From Escherichia coli (GTDB lineage: Bacteria > Pseudomonadota > Gammaproteobacteria > Enterobacterales > Enterobacteriaceae), in assembly GCF_003334405.1 (NCBI RefSeq), contig NZ_QOWM01000032.1: 5,842 nt of DNA. One strand, 5' to 3'. Within the stretch, counting starts at the first letter, position 1, and each line of letters starts with the position of its first letter. Under the pieces are notes generated by a model that saw only the letters and a list, made by a program, of their open reading frames with translations, had not been told where the DNA came from and made no database searches. Of the stretch, positions 1-5,151 are shown one piece after another. The translations under genes were made by a program, and so were the position numbers.

Positions 1-1824
1 GCTGTTATGCTTGTTGCGGCATGGTTTGCAGGTTCATTTATTTTCTTTGTGCTTTACTTCAGCCAGATAAAGAATCTGAAACCATTGAAGGCTGTGTTCA
101 GATCCATTGATGCGTACAGGATGGATATTTTTACAGACAGCCTTACTTTATCTGTTGTGACTACGGATATCAGAGTTTTAGCCTTTGTTGCACTTGGAGC
201 AGGATTTGTCGTGTCTCTTATCATCCCTGTTGCGGCGTTGATAAAACTGAACGAGAAGAAAGAAAATATTTTCGGTGATGCGCGATTTGCGACAATTAAT
301 GATATTCGTGAGTCTAACAGTTTCACGCTTGACGGTGACGAAAAAGACGGGATTATCGTTGGTATAAAAGATAAGAAAATCATACGCTATGTGGGAGCAG
401 CATTCAGTGCTATGGGAGCCGGAACAAGGGCTGGTAAAGGTGCTGGTATAGTCATCACTAATCTTATGAAGTACTGGTGGAGTGTTATTATTCTCGATCC
501 AAAAAGGGAGTGTTTTAATATCACCAGTCTTATCAGGAAGGTGATTTTAGGTCATGAGGTTTATAAATTTGATCCCTTTAGTCCGGTAACGCACCGCTTT
601 AACCCTTTGTATTATGTCAGCATGGGAACGAGTGAAGGTTTTAATCAGCTTGAAAATCTTGCGTTGATTATTTACCCCTATAATACAGATGGTGCGGATG
701 CTGGTAGCTATCTTAATAAGACGGCGGGTGGTGTTTTTAAATCTTATGCTGTCGCTTTATGGTTTATGATTAAGAATGATAAGGCTGGACTAAAAACGCT
801 TGATATTGAGCCTGTCTTCTCAATGTCTAAAATTAATCAGCTTTTTGAGCGTGCAGAACCCGAACATCTTCTTTCATTCATGAATGATATTCGTTCAGAA
901 TTAAGGGGGAAAGACAAAACGCTTGCTGATATTGGTGTCGCTGGGCTTAAGGCATTCATTGAGATGGAGGATAAAACAAAAGCACAACTCAAAAGCAACT
1001 TTCTTAATGGATTATCACCGTTTGCTAACCCTAATGTGGCAAATGCTACTGATGGAAATGATTTTGATTTGCGGCAGGTGCGGAAAAAGCGGATGACAAT
1101 TTATTTCTGTATTTCTGGTGATAATGCCAGGTTGGCTGAAAAAATAACAAATATTTTCTTTCAGCTTGCTATACAGGTGAATCTTGAAAAGATGCCAACG
1201 GATGATCCGGAAATAAAGCATGACTGCCTTTTTCTACTGGATGAATTCCCGTCAATTGGTGCTGTAGATTACATCAAGAGTAAATCTGGTCTCATTGCTG
1301 GTTACAAGCTGAAATTGTTGATTGTTTACCAGGTCGGCTCTCAGCTTGAGGAAATCTACAGTTATGCAGGCAGTAAAACATTACTGGCAAGTGCACCCTG
1401 CAAAATTGTTTATTCCGCTTCTGATGTTAAAGATGCGCGGGAGTTATCAGAAGCGATGGGGACACGAACAGTAACTATCGGTTCGAAAAGCAAAAGTCGT
1501 AGTCGTGGAGGAACATCGAGATCTGAATCAGAAAGCCTTATTGAGCGTCCACTGGTAACAACAAATGAACTACTTACACTGAAATTTAGTGAAGAAATCC
1601 TGGCAATGAAGGGAGAAAACCCGATTCGTTGTGAAAAGGCATTTTACTATCTCAATGAGTATTTCTTTGGTGATTTTGTGAAGGTTGCTCCGGAACTTGC
1701 AAACATTTTCCCCAGGAAGAAAGGAAAGCTGGTTATGCCTCCACAGAAAGTATTTGAAAATGAAATCGTCGCAAAAGGGTATCTGGCAGTAAAAGATGTT
1801 CCTGATCTCGATAAAGCGGCGTAA
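1..1824 (+). CDS. virD4: Type IV secretion coupling protein (VirD4/TraG family ATPase), 5'-partial. The ORF is open to the window edge in frame 1 and the listed Met at nt 7 is probably internal.
   Basis: Two N-terminal TM helices (LVAAWFAGSFIFFVLYF and IRVLAFVALGAGFVVSLIIPVAALI) separated by a loop, as in VirD4. Walker A GAGTRAGKGAGIVITNLM then WSVIILDPKRE. Walker B-like CLFLLDEFPSIG. Length >605 aa against about 650 aa for VirD4, so the true start is probably a few tens of codons upstream. Stop TAA at 1822-1824. Confidence 0.9.
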   Translation, partial: AVMLVAAWFAGSFIFFVLYFSQIKNLKPLKAVFRSIDAYRMDIFTDSLTLSVVTTDIRVLAFVALGAGFVVSLIIPVAALIKLNEKKENIFGDARFATINDIRESNSFTLDGDEKDGIIVGIKDKKIIRYVGAAFSAMGAGTRAGKGAGIVITNLMKYWWSVIILDPKRECFNITSLIRKVILGHEVYKFDPFSPVTHRFNPLYYVSMGTSEGFNQLENLALIIYPYNTDGADAGSYLNKTAGGVFKSYAVALWFMIKNDKAGLKTLDIEPVFSMSKINQLFERAEPEHLLSFMNDIRSELRGKDKTLADIGVAGLKAFIEMEDKTKAQLKSNFLNGLSPFANPNVANATDGNDFDLRQVRKKRMTIYFCISGDNARLAEKITNIFFQLAIQVNLEKMPTDDPEIKHDCLFLLDEFPSIGAVDYIKSKSGLIAGYKLKLLIVYQVGSQLEEIYSYAGSKTLLASAPCKIVYSASDVKDARELSEAMGTRTVTIGSKSKSRSRGGTSRSESESLIERPLVTTNELLTLKFSEEILAMKGENPIRCEKAFYYLNEYFFGDFVKVAPELANIFPRKKGKLVMPPQKVFENEIVAKGYLAVKDVPDLDKAA

Positions 1825-1835
1825 AGGAGAACATG

Positions 1836-2255
1836 ATGAAGAAATTAGTGGTTTTATTGATTTCCATTCTTGCTGGTTGTTCATCACCGCCAGAGCCAAC
1901 ACCCGTGCAGTTTGAAAAGGCAAATGAAGTGATCAATCCCTCATTGCCATATGTCCCCGATTTTCACGGTGTCATAAAGTCAGACGTTAGCGGTAAAGGA
2001 TGGGTTTATGAGATCACTTCCTTATCCGGAGTACAGGCCAGAACGCCGACGTTTTATTACGCTCTGGCTCATGCGGACAGGATTGTAGTGACAACACATG
2101 ATGCTGGGCTGTGGTTTCGAATCAGAGATCTGTTGAAGATGGAAGGGGCAACAGCAGTCGTGGAATGGCGAAACGAGAAAAGTTTTTTACCTGAACAGGG
2201 AAAAATAGTTTTCATTAAAGCACAAAACGAGGTGAAAAATGACTGGAAAAAATAG
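1836..2255 (+). CDS. Small lipoprotein (about 139 aa), predicted outer-membrane lipoprotein. Possibly an entry-exclusion (Eex/TrbK-like) factor, given its position directly after the T4CP.
   Basis: SD AAGGAG at 1824-1829, tandem ATG ATG at 1833/1836, with spacing favouring 1836. Signal peptide MKKLVVLLISIL with lipobox LAGC, then Ser at +2, so no Asp inner-membrane retention signal. Function is inferred only from small size, lipoprotein nature and synteny with the VirD4-like gene. Confidence 0.72.
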   Translation: MKKLVVLLISILAGCSSPPEPTPVQFEKANEVINPSLPYVPDFHGVIKSDVSGKGWVYEITSLSGVQARTPTFYYALAHADRIVVTTHDAGLWFRIRDLLKMEGATAVVEWRNEKSFLPEQGKIVFIKAQNEVKNDWKK

Positions 2256-2544
2256 AGTGGTTTTACCTGCCTTGCTGGCGTTAGGATTAATATCAATAAA
2301 TGCTAATGCCGCTGATCCCTGTAAATCTGTTTTTTGTCTTTATGGTAAAGCTGTCGGTAGTAGTGGAGGGAGTGAGTGCAGTAGTGCCGAAAAGGATTTT
2401 TTTAAAAATGTTGAAAAGAAAAAGGGGAAAATCCGCTGGAGTAAAACATTTGATCTCCGTAAAGGTTTTTTAAATCAGTGCTCAACGGCAGACCCGGCGG
2501 CAATCTCTCTGATCATGAGTAAGTTTGGTAAGATTAAGGGGTAG
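2239..2544 (+). CDS. Small secreted (periplasmic) Cys-containing protein, 101 aa, unknown function.
   Basis: SD GAGGTG about 6 nt upstream. Start overlaps the previous gene's 3' end by 17 nt (coupled). Classic Sec signal MTGKNRVVLPALLALGLISINANA|AD with AXA cleavage site. Four Cys in the mature part (possible disulfides). Lys/Gly-rich. Confidence 0.62.
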   Translation: MTGKNRVVLPALLALGLISINANAADPCKSVFCLYGKAVGSSGGSECSSAEKDFFKNVEKKKGKIRWSKTFDLRKGFLNQCSTADPAAISLIMSKFGKIKG

Positions 2545-2549
2545 ATGAT

Positions 2550-2807
2550 ATGAAAAAAAAAGAAAAGTTTGATTTTCTGAATGCAATAAAAGCAGGGCAC
2601 TCTGGCGTAATAACTGGTAATCCTGCTCATGCATTGGATGATAAGACTATGAACGCCATCATTCATAACTACGTGGCAACGATTGTGCCCGGTAAAGCAG
2701 GTAACTGCAAAGAAACTCCTCTCACAAAGTATTGTTCGAGGACTATGCCAGAGCGTATTTCAGTTGAAGAAATTAATGAGGTTAAAATTTATCCAGAATT
2801 CTTCTGA
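2550..2807 (+). CDS. Hypothetical protein, 85 aa, no signal peptide.
   Basis: SD AAGGGG 2536-2541, 8 nt before ATG 2550, 5 nt after the upstream stop. ORF begins ATG AAA AAA AAA GAA AAG. No recognisable motif. Confidence 0.5.
   Translation: MKKKEKFDFLNAIKAGHSGVITGNPAHALDDKTMNAIIHNYVATIVPGKAGNCKETPLTKYCSRTMPERISVEEINEVKIYPEFF
2553..2561. repeat. A9 homopolymer tract immediately after the start codon of the 85-aa ORF.
   Basis: Read directly: atgaaaaaaaaagaaaag. Nine consecutive A, encoding KKK. Confidence 0.9.
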
Positions 2808-2826
2808 ACAGAGATAAATGTAAACG

Positions 2827-2860
2827 CCGCAGATTCCAGATTTTAATCTGGAATTTGCGG
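2827..2860 (+). terminator. Stem-loop: 15-nt arms, 4-nt loop. Possible partial intrinsic terminator, RNA processing or stability element, or operator-like inverted repeat between two gene blocks.
   Basis: ccgcagattccagat-ttta-atctggaatttgcgg. The arms are complementary except for one G/A mismatch in DNA, which is a G-U wobble in RNA. It lies in the only >50 nt intergenic gap (2808-2888). There is no clear U-tract downstream on + (ggggttgaacaacc). The opposite strand has a weak T-rich run. Confidence 0.45.
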
Positions 2861-2888
2861 GGTTGAACAACCGAAGGGCGTTAGTTTT

Positions 2889-3323
2889 ATGATGAATAAA
2901 TTTAGTTATGTCAATCGTATGCTTCGGCAAGTTTTTGTTTTTAGTTTTATCACGGCCCCATCAATATCTTTATTTGTTGTTTTTATGTTTTTTTCGTTTA
3001 ATAACTCAATTGCTGGTTCATTTTTAAAAGAGGCCAGGGGGCTTATAACCGATACTCCTTCTGATAAGGTTAACGTCTGTCTTTTCGAAAAGGGCGTACC
3101 ACAGGATATGGAGTTGACAAACTCCACAACTGAACATGTATTAAAAAATAAATGTATAACAACGTTAGTTGATGCTGCTGACTGGCAGGAATCTGTTGAC
3201 GGTTCTATTCGATATTTTTATTGGTCGTCAGTTGTTATTGGCTTTGTGGTCTGGTTTACCTTTAATTTTTGTGCACTGGAAGAACTATTTTATCGTAGAA
3301 ACAGAAAAGGAGACGTTGAATGA
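2889..3323 (+). CDS. Inner-membrane protein with two TM helices flanking a roughly 70-aa predicted periplasmic domain. Translationally coupled partner of the downstream nuclease.
   Basis: ATG ATG at 2889/2892 with AAGGG 10-13 nt upstream. TM1 VFVFSFITAPSISLFVVFMFFSF preceded by positive residues (N-in). TM2 YFYWSSVVIGFVVWFTFNFCAL followed by RRNRK. Stop TGA overlaps the nuc start (ATGA at 3320-3323). Confidence 0.68.
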   Translation: MMNKFSYVNRMLRQVFVFSFITAPSISLFVVFMFFSFNNSIAGSFLKEARGLITDTPSDKVNVCLFEKGVPQDMELTNSTTEHVLKNKCITTLVDAADWQESVDGSIRYFYWSSVVIGFVVWFTFNFCALEELFYRRNRKGDVE

Positions 3324-3835
3324 GGATTTTTTTAAGCGTAATTTTATTCCTGTTTACTGCTTTTCAGTCTGCAAATGCAGGTGGAATACCTGGTGCTTTA
3401 GCAGGAATACTTTCTACATTAAACCAGGAAATCCAGGGGAAAGTTATTCGTGTTCTCGATGGCGATACCATCGAAGTTTTACAGGACAAAAAGCCCGTCA
3501 GGATTCGCCTGGCAAACATCGATGCACCGGAGAAAAAACAGGCTTTCGGGCGCTGGTCAGCAAATCAGCTTAAAGCTCTGCTTGCAGCACAGCCTGTTAC
3601 GGTGACGTACACGCAGACAGACCGCTACGGACGCATTATCGGTCATGTGTTCACGACGAACGGCACGGATGCCAGCCGCTTTATGGTTCAGTCTGGCGCT
3701 GCATGGGTATATGAACGTTACAACGTGGATGAGTCATTACCGGCTCTACAACGGGAAGCGCAGGAACAAAAACGCGGTTTGTGGGTCGATGCAAATCCGG
3801 TTCCACCGTGGGAGTGGCGATACAAACATAACTAA
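3320..3835 (+). CDS. nuc: Exported thermonuclease (staphylococcal nuclease / SNase fold) with Sec signal peptide.
   Basis: SD AAGGAG 3307-3312, 7 nt from ATG. Signal MRIFLSVILFLFTAFQSANA|GG. SNase hallmark motifs align to S. aureus nuclease: VIRVLDGDT, RIRLANIDAPE (compare RLLLVDTPE), DRYGR (compare DKYGR), and C-terminal GLWV (compare NIWS). Confidence 0.92.
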   Translation: MRIFLSVILFLFTAFQSANAGGIPGALAGILSTLNQEIQGKVIRVLDGDTIEVLQDKKPVRIRLANIDAPEKKQAFGRWSANQLKALLAAQPVTVTYTQTDRYGRIIGHVFTTNGTDASRFMVQSGAAWVYERYNVDESLPALQREAQEQKRGLWVDANPVPPWEWRYKHN

Positions 3836-3850
3836 CTGATAGAGGTTTTT

Positions 3851-4255
3851 ATGGCTTTATCACCCAAAGAAAAGAAAGAGTTACAACAACGCTTCGAAAA
3901 GCAATTACTACCTGACCTTGATATGTCATTTGAACTAAATGGCGAAGTATATAAATTTAATTTTGATAAAAATGAGTCAGGTGACTATATCGATAGTTTT
4001 ACACAAGCAGTATGGGGAGGTTATCAGGATGCCGAGGAATGGGAAAAATATGGTAAACATCAGGAGACAGAATTACCTGAATACCCTGAACCAGTCGAGG
4101 GTTGGTGCGACTGTGATAAATGTAAGTCGATGATTTTTCATAAAGAGAAAAATATTTATGTTTGCCTCTCCTGCCATAAACAAACAGAGCCATTTCTTCC
4201 AATTGACTGGAACTCAAACGATTACGATTGGCTACCTTATGAAGATGAATACTAA
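3851..4255 (+). CDS. Strongly acidic small protein (134 aa) with a C-terminal zinc-ribbon-like Cys cluster. Function unknown.
   Basis: SD AGAGG 3841-3845, 5 nt from ATG. About 30 Asp/Glu against about 14 Lys/Arg, net about -16. Motif WCDCDKC...(15 aa)...CLSCH, i.e. CxCxxC...CxxC. Acidic C-terminal tail DYDWLPYEDEY. Confidence 0.68.
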   Translation: MALSPKEKKELQQRFEKQLLPDLDMSFELNGEVYKFNFDKNESGDYIDSFTQAVWGGYQDAEEWEKYGKHQETELPEYPEPVEGWCDCDKCKSMIFHKEKNIYVCLSCHKQTEPFLPIDWNSNDYDWLPYEDEY

Positions 4256-4315
4256 TGCTGAATACTTCACAGTCATAATGGATGAAATGGCGACATAAGC
4301 ATTAAGGAGGCAAAA

Positions 4316-4528
4316 ATGAATGATTGGCTCTGTTCTTTACATGATTTAATCACAAATCCTGTATTTATGCTGTCTTTTTCAGTTTTTTGGGTGTCTACGG
4401 GAACACTTTTAATCAGAACTGTATTCAGAAAAATTAACATATCTGAAATTTGCATACTTTTTTTATTATTGACACTAATAATTCTGTCTTTATGTATTTT
4501 TGTAACATTAAAAGCTTCTTTTAACTAA
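4316..4528 (+). CDS. Small membrane protein, 70 aa, two predicted TM helices.
   Basis: Perfect SD AAGGAGG 4304-4310, 5 nt before ATG 4316. Hydrophobic stretches VFMLSFSVFWVSTGTLLI and ICILFLLLTLIILSLCIFV. Basic segment RTVFRK between them. Confidence 0.55.
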   Translation: MNDWLCSLHDLITNPVFMLSFSVFWVSTGTLLIRTVFRKINISEICILFLLLTLIILSLCIFVTLKASFN

Positions 4529-4571
4529 AAGCAGCCACTAAAGACAAATCAGATACTTTTTGAGGGTTATT

Positions 4572-5147
4572 ATGCAATATGCATTGTTTGATGGATTTGA
4601 ACGAAAGTTTTTGCTGGATGCTCTTGAATTTGGTGTTCTGAAGGACTGGAAAGAAAATCCGGTAAAAGAACTTCCTGATATTGATGAATCTGTTCACCCC
4701 TTCCATGTCTGCTATGGTGGATATTTATTAAATCCTGGTGTTTCAGATTCAGATATTAGCAGAAAAATAAAAGACCAGACAGGATTCTGGCTGGCAGCTA
4801 TTGATGATACCCGCATGGATTGTCATTCAATAGCTTATTATGATATTCACACACTCCCTCTGATTTCGTGTGGACATCAAAAGATAGTTCCTTTTGCAGC
4901 GTTAATAAAAGCTGATGAATGCATCATTTCTAAAATTTCTGCGTATTCTGGTTTTGCCGTAACAGCCTTTTTGAGAATTAAAGACCAGGATATTGCAATT
5001 AATATACTTAACCGTGAAGGAATTTTTGCCTTTAATGGCTGTGAACGCAGGTTCAGACAACCTGTAGGTGAAGATAACTGGAAACAGGCAGTGTCAGAAG
5101 AACGTGCTATTCGCTGTGCAAACAGACTAATTCAGTGTAAAGGATAA
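4572..5147 (+). CDS. Hypothetical Cys/His-rich protein, 191 aa from ATG 4572. The ORF track's 4560 start is a TTG, which is less likely.
   Basis: SD GAGGG 4562-4566, 5 nt before ATG 4572 (MQYALFDGF...). Stop TAA 5145-5147, only 4 nt before the topB start, whose SD lies inside this gene's 3' end. Scattered His/Cys: HPFHVCYGG, MDCHS, ISCGHQK, NGCERR, IRCANRLIQC. No family recognised. Confidence 0.68.
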   Translation: MQYALFDGFERKFLLDALEFGVLKDWKENPVKELPDIDESVHPFHVCYGGYLLNPGVSDSDISRKIKDQTGFWLAAIDDTRMDCHSIAYYDIHTLPLISCGHQKIVPFAALIKADECIISKISAYSGFAVTAFLRIKDQDIAINILNREGIFAFNGCERRFRQPVGEDNWKQAVSEERAIRCANRLIQCKG

Positions 5148-5151
5148 CAAA

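Noticed and set aside
54-383. Minus-strand 109-aa ORF, with other minus-strand ORFs at 1015-1221, 1570-1923, 1733-1936, 2069-2296, 2475-2666, 2906-3127, 3999-4217, 4273-4455 and 4521-4706.
   Set aside because: All lie entirely inside well-supported plus-strand genes (motif-bearing T4CP, signal-peptide genes, nuclease and so on). They have no convincing RBS and low-complexity or odd composition, typical of antisense shadows of AT-rich coding DNA.
2863-2888. TTGAAC hexamer resembling a sigma70 -35 box upstream of the 144-aa gene.
   Set aside because: No acceptable -10 hexamer at 16-18 bp spacing. The candidate tttatg would overlap the start codon. The genes are more likely co-transcribed from upstream.
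2881-2950. 10-bp direct repeat ttagttttat at 2881-2890 and 2941-2950.
   Set aside because: It is short, lies in AT-rich sequence, and the flanks do not extend the match. Chance occurrence is likely, and one copy is inside coding sequence.
3169-3573. Plus-strand 134-aa ORF spanning the junction of the membrane-protein and nuclease genes in another frame.
   Set aside because: It overlaps two better-supported genes with SD sequences and recognisable signal-peptide and SNase motifs. There is no RBS, and the product is Arg/Cys-rich and frame-shadow-like.
3645-3839. Plus-strand 64-aa ORF inside nuc.
   Set aside because: Embedded in the SNase coding frame whose translation matches catalytic motifs. 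Spurious.
3939-4133. Plus-strand 64-aa ORF inside the acidic Zn-ribbon gene.
   Set aside because: Alternative frame of a gene with a good SD at 3841-3845. No independent support.
4267-4280. TTCACA .. CATAAT promoter-like hexamers in the 4256-4315 gap.
   Set aside because: Spacing between the hexamers is only 2 bp, incompatible with a sigma70 promoter.
4560-4571. TTG start proposed by the ORF track for the 191-aa gene.
   Set aside because: The ATG at 4572 is 5 nt downstream of a GAGGG SD. The TTG at 4560 has no SD and would place the SD inside the ORF.
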